NCBI GenBank assembly: GCA_965204375.1
Contig: OZ241986.1
Location: 4,256,001 to 4,320,000, forward strand
DNA: 64,000 nt
Reading direction: 5' to 3'
From: Candidatus Latescibacterota bacterium
GTDB taxonomy: Bacteria; Latescibacterota; UBA2968
This document shows, one piece after another, positions 42,179-52,215 of the stretch. Position 1 is the first letter of the stretch, and each line of letters begins with the position of its first letter. The translations under genes and the position numbers were made by a program. The notes below the pieces were generated by a model. That model did not search any database. It was not told the origin of the DNA and saw only the letters and a program-made list of their open reading frames with translations.

Positions 42179-43165
42179 ATGGACGCCATTTTTCTCCTCC
42201 TCATTGTTGTAGCCGCTATTCTGGGACTCTCCCTCTTCTTCTACTTCATCCCCGTCGGCCTCTGGATCTCTGCCCTCGCTGCGCGCGTGCGCATCGGCAT
42301 TATCGAACTCATCGGTATGCGCCTGCGCCGCGTGCCCCCGCGCGTCATCCTCGGCTCGCAAATCAACGCAACCAAAGCGGGCCTCGACATCCCCACTGCA
42401 TTTCTCGAAGCCCACTACCTCGCCGGGGGACATGTCGAAAACGTCGTCAACGCACTCATCGCCGCAGACAAAGCCGGCATTGGCCTGACCGGCGAACGCG
42501 CCGCCGCCATCGACCTTGCCGGGCGCGACGTACTCGAAGCCGTACAGGTCAGCGTCAACCCCAAAGTCATCTCCACTCCCATGGTTACTGCCGTAGCCAA
42601 AGACGGCATACAGGTCAAAGCCACCTCGCGCGTCACGGTTCGCGCCAACATAGAGCGCCTGGTCGGTGGCGCGGGTGAAGAAACCATCATGGCCCGCGTG
42701 GGCGAAGGCATCGTCACCACCATCGGCTCCTCGGAAACCCACAAAGACGTACTCGAAAATCCCGACATGATCTCCAAAACCGTACTCGACAAGGGTCTCG
42801 ACTCGGGCACCGCCTACGAAATCCTCTCCATCGACATCGCCGACGTGGATGTGGGCGACAACATCGGTGCAAAACTCCAGACAGATCAGGCCGAAGCCGA
42901 CAAAAACATCGCACAGGCGCGCGCCGAAGAACGCAGAGCAATGGCCGTTGCACAAGAACAAGAAATGTCAGCCCGCGTTGAAGAAATGCGCGCCCGCGTC
43001 GTCGAAGCCGAAGCCGAAGTCCCGCTCGCAATGTCCGACGCATTCCGCAGTGGCAATCTGGGCATTATGGACTACTACCGCATGCGCAACATCGAAGCCG
43101 ACACGCAAATGCGCGAAGGCATCGCTGGTGAAACCGAGGAAGAAGACGATAATGAAAGCAGGTAA
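42179..43165 (+). CDS. floA: Flotillin-like protein FloA (YqfA)
   Basis: [43 protein letters not shown]...NI.ADT.MR. Confidence 0.95.
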   Translation: MDAIFLLLIVVAAILGLSLFFYFIPVGLWISALAARVRIGIIELIGMRLRRVPPRVILGSQINATKAGLDIPTAFLEAHYLAGGHVENVVNALIAADKAGIGLTGERAAAIDLAGRDVLEAVQVSVNPKVISTPMVTAVAKDGIQVKATSRVTVRANIERLVGGAGEETIMARVGEGIVTTIGSSETHKDVLENPDMISKTVLDKGLDSGTAYEILSIDIADVDVGDNIGAKLQTDQAEADKNIAQARAEERRAMAVAQEQEMSARVEEMRARVVEAEAEVPLAMSDAFRSGNLGIMDYYRMRNIEADTQMREGIAGETEEEDDNESR

Positions 43166-43173
43166 GACGTAAA

Positions 43174-43237
43174 ATCCACGAAGAACACGAAAAAACACGA
43201 AGGGATAGAACGTAGGGGCGACCCCCTGTGGTCGCCC
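43174..43237. repeat. CACGAA repeat plus GTAG-type REP
   Basis: ATCCACGAAGAACACGAAAAAACACGAA; GTAGGGGCGACCCCCTGTGGTCGCCC. Confidence 0.8.
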
Positions 43238-43269
43238 GCACCATAACCCCTAACAAACGGACCTCCATC

Positions 43270-43842
43270 ATGGAACTGGAAGTAATCATACCGATAATCG
43301 TATTCCTGCTCTTCAGCCTTATCTCGCCGCTCATAAAAAGGCTGCGAGGCACCAGAGAACCCGATGAAACCAAACTTCAGCGCAGGCAAACGTCCCGCGA
43401 CGCAGGCGCCGACGACCCCTTTGAAGAAGAGTTTGACCTCTCTGAATGGGAAGTCCTCTTCGGATCTCCCGAACCAGAACCCAAGCCAGACCCCAAACCC
43501 TCTTCAGAGTTCCAGGAAGTGCAGGGCAAACGCCCCGTCTCTGAAGCGGACACAGGACCAGAATTTCAAGAGGTACATGGCAAGCGCCCCGTCTCCGAAG
43601 AAGACACAGGACCAGAATTCCGGGAAGTCGAGGTCAAACGTCCGGTCTCTGACGAATCGTCTTACATCGAAGGCAAAACCCTATTTACACGCGCATCTGA
43701 AACCGAAATACGCCTGCGCCCCAAACGCAAAAAACGCCGTATAAAACTCGATTTTGAACCCGACACCATCCGCAAAGCCATCATCTACAACGAAATCATT
43801 GGACCGCCCCGCGCTGAAACAGATCACTTCAAAAACCCTTGA
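43270..43842 (+). CDS. YqfB-like protein with three 18-aa repeats
   Basis: N-terminal TM, EF.EV..KRPVS..DTGP x3, C-terminal AII..EI.GPPR; position after floA. Confidence 0.7.
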   Translation: MELEVIIPIIVFLLFSLISPLIKRLRGTREPDETKLQRRQTSRDAGADDPFEEEFDLSEWEVLFGSPEPEPKPDPKPSSEFQEVQGKRPVSEADTGPEFQEVHGKRPVSEEDTGPEFREVEVKRPVSDESSYIEGKTLFTRASETEIRLRPKRKKRRIKLDFEPDTIRKAIIYNEIIGPPRAETDHFKNP

Positions 43843-43886
43843 CACGCAATCCCGCGTTTGGGATATTGTTCACCACGGCTACAAGT

Positions 43887-43973
43887 GCCGAAGTGGTGGA
43901 ATTGGTAGACGCGCTGGACTCAAAATCCAGTGGCCGCAAGGCCGTGTGGGTTCGAGTCCCACCTTCGGCACCA
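43887..43973 (+). tRNA. tRNA-Leu(CAA)
   Basis: GCCGAAGTGGTGGAATTGGTAGAC...CTGGA-CTCAAAA-TCCAG, long variable arm, GGTTCGAGTCC, ACCA end. Confidence 0.97.
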
Positions 43974-43983
43974 TACAAACACA

Positions 43984-44021
43984 AGGGCTTACGTCGGAAT
44001 GGCGTAAGCCCATTTTATTTT
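43984..44021 (+). terminator. Terminator after tRNA-Leu
   Basis: GGGCTTACG..CGTAAGCCC followed by T-rich tail. Confidence 0.7.
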
Positions 44022-44143
44022 TAATGCGAATAAAAGCAACCACCGATGAACACCGATGAACACAGAGTAAACGGCTCACAGGTAGCGGTCAGCTAACTGC
44101 TCGTATCGAGGCAGGGGGGTCTCTCTTACAGGTCTAAATAGCT

Positions 44144-45115
44144 ATGCCAGACAAAAAACAAATCGTCCGTCAACTGGACATCCTCCGCACACTCGACGCC
44201 TGGAGGTTTGGCGCAACACTCCAAGAACTCGCCGACGAGTCAGGCGTCTCAACGCGCACCATACAACGGGATATCAAGGATCTAAAAGAAGCGGGCTTCT
44301 TGATCGATGACGAGGTGCGAGACCGAAGAACATACTTTAAACTCGAAAACAACCTGCCGCCACTGAACTTTCCCATCGACGAAATTATCGCGCTAACCTT
44401 CATCGAAGAAATCGGCAGTCCGCTTGAGGGCACGCCATACAAAGAAGCATTTCAGAAAACCCTGAACAGAATCAGAACAGTGCTTCCAGAAGAAATGCGC
44501 GTATTTTTAGAAAAGGCGGGCGCGGCTTATTATCCCCATCATCGCGGGCAAAAAAAGCTGATATATCCCGAAGTATTCAAAACTGCTCATCGCGCAATCA
44601 AAGAACGCAAAGTGTGCAACGTCACTTATCACGCCATCACAACCGGACAAACCAAAACCTACCCCATTACCCCCTTCAGATTCTTGTATTATCACAACGG
44701 ATATTATCTTATCTGTCGCAATCCAAATTACGACGACTTACTCACACTCGCGGCAGAACGCATTCAGGACCTCGAAATCACATCCCAAACCTTTGACCCA
44801 CCCGATGATCTGGATATCGAAAACCGCATCCAACAGGCTTATGGTATCACACTCGAAGATCCGATGGACGTCAAAATCCGCTTCTCCGCCTGGCAAGCTC
44901 GCTACATCAAACAACGGACCTGGCACCCCTCACAAGAAATTGAAGAACTGGACAATGGCGAAATCATTCTCTCCTTTCAAGCTGGCGGTTTTTACGACAT
45001 AAAATCATGGATCCTGAGCCATGGTGCAGATGCAGAAGTCCTCGAACCAGCCGACCTGCGCGAAGAAATAATCAAAGAACTGAAAAAAAATCTGAATTTT
45101 TATAAAAAAACTTGA
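44144..45115 (+). CDS. WYL-domain transcriptional regulator (wHTH-WYL-WCX)
   Basis: ELA...GVS.RTI.RDI..L, P......G.YL, ERI, WHP.Q, WILS.G...EVLEP..LR. Confidence 0.93.
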   Translation: MPDKKQIVRQLDILRTLDAWRFGATLQELADESGVSTRTIQRDIKDLKEAGFLIDDEVRDRRTYFKLENNLPPLNFPIDEIIALTFIEEIGSPLEGTPYKEAFQKTLNRIRTVLPEEMRVFLEKAGAAYYPHHRGQKKLIYPEVFKTAHRAIKERKVCNVTYHAITTGQTKTYPITPFRFLYYHNGYYLICRNPNYDDLLTLAAERIQDLEITSQTFDPPDDLDIENRIQQAYGITLEDPMDVKIRFSAWQARYIKQRTWHPSQEIEELDNGEIILSFQAGGFYDIKSWILSHGADAEVLEPADLREEIIKELKKNLNFYKKT

Positions 45116-45189
45116 CCACCTGTGACATACCCTGTCATACCTCTTATTTATCTTAGAGACGCATTCCTTACAATGCGTCTCTTTTTTTT
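45112..45189 (+). promoter_or_regulatory. WYL-type operator/promoter copy 1 with overlapping terminator hairpin
   Basis: TGACA-TACCC-TGTCA (45123-45137); TGTCAT-N10-TATCTT; GAGACGCATT-N6-AATGCGTCTC-T8. Confidence 0.8.
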
Positions 45190-45216
45190 GTAAAAAAATC
45201 ATGAAAAACTAAAACC

Positions 45217-45232
45217 TGGCATAGTCTTTGCT
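45217..45232 (+). promoter_or_regulatory. sigma54-like promoter upstream of the triple AAA gene
   Basis: TGGCAT-AGTCT-TTGCT. Confidence 0.6.
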
Positions 45233-45294
45233 CTGATATACACCCAAAAGCAAATCAGATTCCGATACACTACATAAAGGAGATCAAATACGCC

Positions 45295-48141
45295 ATGAGA
45301 AGAGAACACAGACACCGCAGACGTTCAAGGAAATTTCGATCCGTGAATGAATACAGCCTGTACAGAAATCGGATCTACCTGCTAAACACACTCCGCGCTG
45401 CCCAGCAGAACCGCACCGTGCAAAAAGAACTGGTGGAGTGGTTCAAGCGCAATGAGGATGAACTGGAAATCACGGTCCCCTTCCTCATGCAAAAGTACTA
45501 CAAAGCAATACCGGGACGGAGGTCCTATCGATACGAGACCGAATCTTCCTCATCACCAGAGGATCCGGCTCAACGAAAAGCTGCTGAAACCCGATTCATC
45601 AACTCTTCAGTGAAAACCCTGGAGCGGAAAACCCGCGAAGCTCCGCCGCCAGACGCCGCCCAGACAGCGACCCACCTCGTCATCCAGCGATTCTCCCTAA
45701 AACCAATGGCTGGCGCACTGCTCCAACTCGCGTATTACTATCATATCTACCACTCTACAGCCCACAGCCTGTGGGACCAACTCCAGGACGTGGCCCAGGG
45801 GCATATTGAAACGACCGCGATCTTGCTGGACTGCTCTCCCGAGGAGGTGGAGGACGCATTCCGCGAACTCGCCGATGTGGGCATCGCCGACAGGGAAAAC
45901 CTGAGCGATAGAAGAACCGATCCCGGCGACTACACCCATCCCTATTTTGACCGGGTATGGCATCCGCCAGTGCGGAATATGGACGAATTGATGGCGCGTC
46001 TGGTCAGCCAGCCATGCGAGGCCAAGCTGGACCTGAAAGACTTCGCGCACCTCAATAACCGGGACAATGCCGTGCATATTCTCAGTGCAGCGATACAGGA
46101 GCGGCGCGAAGAAAAACCTGCAACAGGCGTAAACATCCTGTTATACGGTCGTGCTGGCACAGGAAAAACCGAATTTGCCAAAACCCTATCCTGCGCCGCT
46201 GGCGCTTGCCTCTATTCCATCGGCGAACCGGGCCGGAATGAAAAGGAAAAGTCCGATACCGAACGCGATTGCCGCGCCCGACGTCGCAACCAGATACGCA
46301 TGGCCCAGGCTCTCCTGCGATCCGTACCCGACGCCGCGATCTTGTGCGACGAAGCCGAGGATGTCCTGGACTCCTCTCACGGCACCCGCCTCATCAACCA
46401 CCGCCTGCTGGAAAACACCCCCGTACCGATCATCTACACGGCCAATCGCCTGGACCACCTGGACGAAAGCATGCTGCGGCGCTTCACGTACATCCTCAAA
46501 TTCACCGCCCACAGCCCCACCCGCCAGACCGCGATCCTACAACGGATGCTCGAGGAAAGCGGTATCGAAGGCATCGATACAACCACATGTGCGCGACGCC
46601 TCGTGGATCAACTCGAATGTCCCCCCGCCATCCTGGCAAAAGCCATCGAAACAACCCGTCTCATAAACGGCAAGGAGAACAACATCTACCACTTCTGCGA
46701 ACAATCAGAACGCACCATCGCCACCCATTGCACCCGCCTGCGCCTGGGACCTCCGGTCAAACCACAACTTCCGTGGGAATCTTATGCACACCTCGGACAA
46801 GACGCCGAAGACATCCGGCATACCCTCGCCGCGGTACTGGGTACAAATAGCAAGGGCGTCAACATCCTCCTGTACGGACCCCCCGGCACCGGCAAAACCG
46901 AATTCGCCCGCACCCTCTGTGGCGAAGTCGGCGCACAGCTATACGCCATAGGAGAAAACGAAATCGGCTCAGACGCACGCCCGAGCGCAGACCGCACAAA
47001 AACACTGGACTACGCCCTTGAAGCCCTATCCGACGAACCAAATACTGTGATCCTCTTTGACGAAATGGAGGACTTTCACCAGCCGAAAAAACTCTATCTG
47101 AACCGCATAGTCGAAGAAAACCCCGTACCCATAATCTGGGCGTGCAACGCCATATCCTATTACCGCATGTTTGAACCCTTCTTCATCGACCGCATGCTAC
47201 ACGCCATCGAGTTCCGCCACATGCCTGCCCAGGCGCGAGAGCATGTGTACTCCAGCATCCTGCGCGAAGTGCGTATTCCAGACATCGAGACCCGGCAACT
47301 CTCCCAAGAACTGGCACACAACAACAAAATAACCCCTCGCCAGGTCGCTCTTGCTGCCAAACAGGCCACTCTCATCAGCGGAAACAGTCAGACCATCAGG
47401 CGCAACATAGCCCAAAAAGAAAAACTGCGCCATGGCACCCGTCCACCCGACATGCGCCCGATCGAACACTACGACCCGGCCCTCGTCCGCGCCGACATCA
47501 ATCTGGAAGTGTTAGCCGAGCAAATGGTCGCCCTCGGCACGCGCCGATTCTCGCTCTGCCTGTGCGGACCTCCGGGAACGGGCAAAACAGCTTTTGTGCG
47601 CTACATCGCCGAACAAATGGGCATAGATATCCTTCCCAAGCGCGCGTCCGACCTCCTGAACAAATACGTCGGAGAAAGCGAGCAGAACATCGCATCGGCC
47701 TTTGCCGAAGCCCTCCAGACCAGCGCATTTCTCGTATTCGACGAAGTGGATTCGCTCCTTATGGACCGGCAATCTGCCCAACGATCATGGGAAGTGAGCA
47801 TGGTCAACGAACTGCTCAGCCAGATGGAGCGGCACCCCCTCCCTTATGCCTGCACCACGAACCAGTGGGACATCATCGACCCGGCAGCCGCACGCCGCTT
47901 CGTATTTCGCGCCGAATTTTACTACCTGGACCAACCGCGCATCAACCGCGCCTTCGCACTGTTCTTCAACAGCAAAGCACCGTCCTCCGTACTCGCACTG
48001 ACCAAACTCACCCCCGCCGACTTTGCCAACGTGCGAGAACGTGCAGAGATACTGGGCTTCCTGAACGACCCCGAGCGCATCGCGTATGCCCTCGCCGAAG
48101 AATGCCGCATAAAACCCGGCGGCGTCTCCGTCGGCTTCTGA
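45295..48141 (+). CDS. AAA+ ATPase with three AAA modules
   Basis: Walker A GRAGTGKT, GPPGTGKT, GPPGTGKT; Walker B CDEAE, FDEME, FDEVD; C-terminal VGF; SD AAGGAG. Confidence 0.9.
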   Translation: MRREHRHRRRSRKFRSVNEYSLYRNRIYLLNTLRAAQQNRTVQKELVEWFKRNEDELEITVPFLMQKYYKAIPGRRSYRYETESSSSPEDPAQRKAAETRFINSSVKTLERKTREAPPPDAAQTATHLVIQRFSLKPMAGALLQLAYYYHIYHSTAHSLWDQLQDVAQGHIETTAILLDCSPEEVEDAFRELADVGIADRENLSDRRTDPGDYTHPYFDRVWHPPVRNMDELMARLVSQPCEAKLDLKDFAHLNNRDNAVHILSAAIQERREEKPATGVNILLYGRAGTGKTEFAKTLSCAAGACLYSIGEPGRNEKEKSDTERDCRARRRNQIRMAQALLRSVPDAAILCDEAEDVLDSSHGTRLINHRLLENTPVPIIYTANRLDHLDESMLRRFTYILKFTAHSPTRQTAILQRMLEESGIEGIDTTTCARRLVDQLECPPAILAKAIETTRLINGKENNIYHFCEQSERTIATHCTRLRLGPPVKPQLPWESYAHLGQDAEDIRHTLAAVLGTNSKGVNILLYGPPGTGKTEFARTLCGEVGAQLYAIGENEIGSDARPSADRTKTLDYALEALSDEPNTVILFDEMEDFHQPKKLYLNRIVEENPVPIIWACNAISYYRMFEPFFIDRMLHAIEFRHMPAQAREHVYSSILREVRIPDIETRQLSQELAHNNKITPRQVALAAKQATLISGNSQTIRRNIAQKEKLRHGTRPPDMRPIEHYDPALVRADINLEVLAEQMVALGTRRFSLCLCGPPGTGKTAFVRYIAEQMGIDILPKRASDLLNKYVGESEQNIASAFAEALQTSAFLVFDEVDSLLMDRQSAQRSWEVSMVNELLSQMERHPLPYACTTNQWDIIDPAAARRFVFRAEFYYLDQPRINRAFALFFNSKAPSSVLALTKLTPADFANVRERAEILGFLNDPERIAYALAEECRIKPGGVSVGF

Positions 48142-48218
48142 CAGCATTTATTGCGAGACAAAATATGAGATAAAACAAAGGTATTGCCTGCAATTGAAAT
48201 AATCGCTAACTTACGGTT

Positions 48219-48461
48219 GTCAACCATTGAGCAGAGTCCCGCATGTCGGGTAGCCTGCTGAATACAACAGCCCATCAACGGCAACGGGTAGCTCCCTGAG
48301 CCAGGGCAAATAAGCAGGACTGTTCCCGCATCTCTCTGCGTGATGGTTGACACTACCCGGCACCCTTCCCGGGCCCGAGGTAAGGTCAACTATCAACTGT
48401 CAACCATCCAACCTCTGACACGCAAAGGAGAGATGCAATGTTCAAGAATACCTTCGCCTGA
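48219..48461 (+). ncRNA. Candidate structured switch-like RNA/leader with sigma70 promoter
   Basis: TTGCCT-N17-TAACTT at 48184-48212; long irregular hairpin 48219-48351; alternative pairing sequesters SD of a 7-codon ORF. Confidence 0.5.
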
Positions 48462-48659
48462 CCGACTTCAGGCAGCCTTCCTTTCTTTTCCTTTTTTAAC
48501 CTGTCTCAAAATCCCTGGAACGTCCCCCGTACGTCTCCGCGCAAATATGACGTACAGGACGCGGATGGAAACGTGTGTGTATGGTTCTTTGCTATCTAAT
48601 AAATATTAGACGTAAAAGGCCCTCAATGCACGACTTTCTAACTATTGGAGGATTGTAGG

Positions 48660-49304
48660 ATGAACAATCTTGTAAAATCTATGGGAATTCTGGTAGTTGT
48701 ATTTTCGCTTTCTGGCTGTAAACTGACAGCAGAAACAGAAGTGAGTCTTAAAGATATCTTAGAGTCTGAAACGAAAAATATTGGTGGTGATCTTTATGTT
48801 GAGGTTCCCAGTTGTAACAGCTATGAAGATTCTCGCAAACCATCGGACTCTGTCATTAAAGCTCAACAAACCATTCCAAGTGTATTTAAGGATGCAGAAT
48901 ATATCGAATGTTTTTCAAAGAAGTTCGATTCATTAGCACATTTCAGGATTCCAGTTATCCTTGACAAGGACCTGGATGGGAAATGGGCATCGGAGTCGCA
49001 TATAAATATTATTTCCAATAATGAAGAACTTCTCATGGTTGGCATTCCACCATCAATAAAAGCAAATATGGAAAACGCAAAACGCAAGAGCTTCCGATCT
49101 TTTGATCTTCAAGTTAATATCAAAATCAATAATGATACCGGAAAGGCATTTCCATTCACGGTGATGGCGGCTTATGTAGAAGGAAAGCCATTTGTTTTTC
49201 GTAATTTGTCCGCCAAAGCCAATAACTCATTTGTCGTAACCTTGTCTGATGTATCAGTTAGCAGAGCCTTAGAAACTGGCATTGCAAAGGTACTTAAGCG
49301 TTGA
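48660..49304 (+). CDS. Hypothetical lipoprotein
   Basis: Lipobox LSGC, SD GGAGG. Confidence 0.75.
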   Translation: MNNLVKSMGILVVVFSLSGCKLTAETEVSLKDILESETKNIGGDLYVEVPSCNSYEDSRKPSDSVIKAQQTIPSVFKDAEYIECFSKKFDSLAHFRIPVILDKDLDGKWASESHINIISNNEELLMVGIPPSIKANMENAKRKSFRSFDLQVNIKINNDTGKAFPFTVMAAYVEGKPFVFRNLSAKANNSFVVTLSDVSVSRALETGIAKVLKR

Positions 49305-49329
49305 AATCGCCTGATAGAAAGGACTGGTA

Positions 49330-49692
49330 ATGATTCATTTACGATTGGTTGTTTTGGCTTTTGTTTTAATCGCTTGCGAAAAAGGTGTTGCACCACATGA
49401 ACCGTGGATTGTTGAAGGAAGTGGAGATAAAATTATTAATGTTCCCAGCGGTGTTATTTTGGTTGATATTTCTGCCACTTCTTTTGTTCAAGGAACTGTT
49501 CAAGTTGAGGTGAAATGTCTATTGGAGTCCGGTATATGGTGGCCCGAAACAACTTTTGTACTTGGGACCGCACAAGGCTTATCTCCTAAAGGGTCAAGCC
49601 GAGAGAATATTTCCGATTGCTTACAATTATCTTTCGAGACAACACCGCAAGATCATGACGATATACGCTGGACTGTTGAAAAAGTGCAATAA
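49330..49692 (+). CDS. Hypothetical lipoprotein
   Basis: Lipobox LIAC. Confidence 0.65.
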   Translation: MIHLRLVVLAFVLIACEKGVAPHEPWIVEGSGDKIINVPSGVILVDISATSFVQGTVQVEVKCLLESGIWWPETTFVLGTAQGLSPKGSSRENISDCLQLSFETTPQDHDDIRWTVEKVQ

Positions 49693-49745
49693 AACAGCCA
49701 ACGATTATCAAATGGCAAAATCCTATTATCAAAATGGAGAGTTAC

Positions 49746-50087
49746 ATGCAAAAAGCTGGAGGAATCATCGCTCTCATTGCAGGGATTCTCGCCGTATTCG
49801 CGGCGGGAGTTACCTTGATCTCTGGCGGACTGGTCAGCGCGTTCGACGCGGAGAAAGGGGACATCGTAGTTTTTCTTGGATGGGGCGGCGTGCTGTTTTC
49901 GTTCACCACCATCATCCTGGGTGCTGTCGCCATATGGGCGAAGGGGCGAGTTCCAGGAATCCTGTTGATCGTATCTGCGGTTTGGGGAGCCATACTGGGA
50001 GGAACCCTGGTCGCCATCTTCATGGGACTCGCGCTAATCGGAGGCATCCTGACCATCCTCGGCACAGGGAAATCCGCAACCGAATAA
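49746..50087 (+). CDS. Small 4-TM membrane protein
   Basis: Gly-rich hydrophobic helices, SD GGAG. Confidence 0.75.
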   Translation: MQKAGGIIALIAGILAVFAAGVTLISGGLVSAFDAEKGDIVVFLGWGGVLFSFTTIILGAVAIWAKGRVPGILLIVSAVWGAILGGTLVAIFMGLALIGGILTILGTGKSATE

Positions 50088-50154
50088 CCGAGTATTACTC
50101 GTTGGACCTGATCTTCTGATTGAATTAAAAACTATCACCATTGGTTATTAAAAA

Positions 50155-50415
50155 GAGGACGAAGAGATCGCACGTATTATAGAGAACAATCCAGACGCAT
50201 CATGTGAAGAAATTGCCACAGCGCTCATCCATGCCGTGGAAAAAACTAGACATCCTTGCCAGGACAATACGACGGTGTTGCTCTACAAGCCAGAAGCCGA
50301 TTTGGGGGAGGGAATGCTTCCCGAGAAGCCCCGAGAAACAGGACCAGAAACAGGCTTATCAAGACTCTGGTCTGGATTTAAGAAAATGCTCACAAAATCT
50401 CCAGGTCAGGCTTGA
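50155..50415 (+). pseudogene. C-terminal remnant of a PP2C-type phosphatase
   Basis: Start-less frame EDEEIARIIE...IATALIHAV......QDNTTVLL. Confidence 0.55.
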
Positions 50416-50530
50416 TCTTCTGAGGGTAGAAATTATATTGTAATTGTAAAGAAAACGTTTTTATCTTGAACTCCTGGCTTGGCAATCCCGATGCTCTCAA
50501 ACTTTATCTCCTATCGAAGAAAGGCATCTC

Positions 50531-51640
50531 ATGACAACTCCTAACTTTTACTGCTTCGCGACGAATGAACGCGCACAGGACGCCACCATCGCCTACATAT
50601 TGGCGTGGGCCGACCCAAAATATCGCGAATCGCATCCACGACTTCATGCTCTCGGCACCGAACTGTTGCGTTCACTTCTTCGGACTCAAAAGGTGGACCT
50701 TCCGCTGATTAAGACTCTTTATATTGGAATCCAAGTTGTAATCAAACCTCATCGTGACCGAATTGACATTCTCGTCCAAATCAATATAGACCAAAATACC
50801 GACAGGATCATCTTGATCATCGAAGACAAGGTACGCACCACAGAGCACTCGAATCAGATCAAACGCTACAAGGAGATTGTAAAAGAGAAGTATAGTGGTC
50901 GTTATGACCATTTGGTTGCAGTGTATCTCAAGACGGGAAACGAATCAAGGGAATATCTTCCGCCAAAAAAGAAATGCGGTAGCTTTATGCGTCGTGATCT
51001 CCTTGATGTTCTGGATGGATTTCAAGATACGCAGAATACCATCGTAGATGACTTTCGCACGCATCTCCAGAGATGGGAGGACAACATGAATAGGTGGATA
51101 TCCGAGCATTATCGCAAGTGGCAAAGGGAACAATGGGAAGGCTTCTATACGGCACTGGAATCTATGTGGAGAGAGAATGGGGACTGGTGCGGTTGGGAGT
51201 ATTACTCAAATCGCTCTGGAGGATTTCTCGCGTGCTGGTTGTGCGACGGGCAGAAAGGTGAATTCAACCGGATCGGAACTTGTAAACGGTACGCGGAACT
51301 CTTTATACAGATTCACGACGCGATGCGTTTGACAGTCCGGCTTGGAGCGGGTAAAGCCATGGACAGAGTTGACAACCCCCTCATGTGGCAAGTTTTCAAT
51401 GCCTTGAAAAAGATTAAGGGGAGGACTTCCAGCGATATCGGGATCAAAAAGGCGGGCATATTCAGGGGAGGTAAAGGTGGTGCTATTGCAGACGTAACAT
51501 TCGGTGATCAGGATCCGTGGTTTGCCGTTGACTCTAACGGTATTGTGGACATGGATGCCACTATCGAGCGCCTTCGTCGCTTACTGGAACTGCTACGGCA
51601 AGTTGTGAAGTATCTCAACGAACAGGAAACAGTCAGTTAG
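50531..51640 (+). CDS. PD-(D/E)XK nuclease-family protein
   Basis: RIDILV...LIIEDKV....SNQI.RY, VYLKTG. Confidence 0.82.
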   Translation: MTTPNFYCFATNERAQDATIAYILAWADPKYRESHPRLHALGTELLRSLLRTQKVDLPLIKTLYIGIQVVIKPHRDRIDILVQINIDQNTDRIILIIEDKVRTTEHSNQIKRYKEIVKEKYSGRYDHLVAVYLKTGNESREYLPPKKKCGSFMRRDLLDVLDGFQDTQNTIVDDFRTHLQRWEDNMNRWISEHYRKWQREQWEGFYTALESMWRENGDWCGWEYYSNRSGGFLACWLCDGQKGEFNRIGTCKRYAELFIQIHDAMRLTVRLGAGKAMDRVDNPLMWQVFNALKKIKGRTSSDIGIKKAGIFRGGKGGAIADVTFGDQDPWFAVDSNGIVDMDATIERLRRLLELLRQVVKYLNEQETVS

Positions 51641-51651
51641 GGCGTGAACTT

Positions 51652-52215
51652 TCGGAAGCATTTAAAACTGCTGTTGTCAAAGCGCAAAAGTAGGGCATTT
51701 TAGAAGAAGAAATTTTTCAATTTTTGGAAGACGTGATTGACAACCGAGCAGCAGATCAAGCGTTAAAAGAAATGGAACGCACAGGGAAGAAGGTCAAATT
51801 ATCCAATAAGATTTTGGAAAAACTCGGCAAACTATGTCAAGCTGGCGGGTACGAAACCGTCGCGCAAGGTTTGGAACATGCTATTGACCATCATCTATTA
51901 GAACTGCGCCGTCAAAGAACAGAAAAATAAGAAAAAAATTACAAGAAAAAAATTTGACTGAGGATGAAATTCTCAAAGACTTTGAAATATTTCGAGAGAA
52001 TTTGAGGCAAGGGAATGCCGCGATCTTATAGACATTGAAGACATTCAAACTATTACGACACAAGATTTACTAACCGTCATAGCCACAAATGAATAGTCAA
52101 AATGTGTTTCCGCTCAGATTTGATAAACGCCCTGCCTTAAAAAACAAAGGCGCAGTTCCAAGATAGAGGAACTGCGCCCATTTTATATACCCGGCATCAC
52201 CTTTACATACGGCGG
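51652..52215 (+). pseudogene. Mosaic of TA remnants (copies of parts of 59852-60115 and 57302-57640)
   Basis: Near-identical DNA blocks with internal stop (AAGTAG) and deletions. Confidence 0.8.

Noticed and set aside
48219-48351. Known riboswitch, 6S RNA or IscB omega-RNA
   Set aside because: Only short coincidental matches (CCCTGAGCC, GTCAAC); no recognisable consensus and no IscB/TnpB gene
51724-51930. 68-aa ORF as a real gene
   Set aside because: Chimera of two duplicated antitoxin fragments
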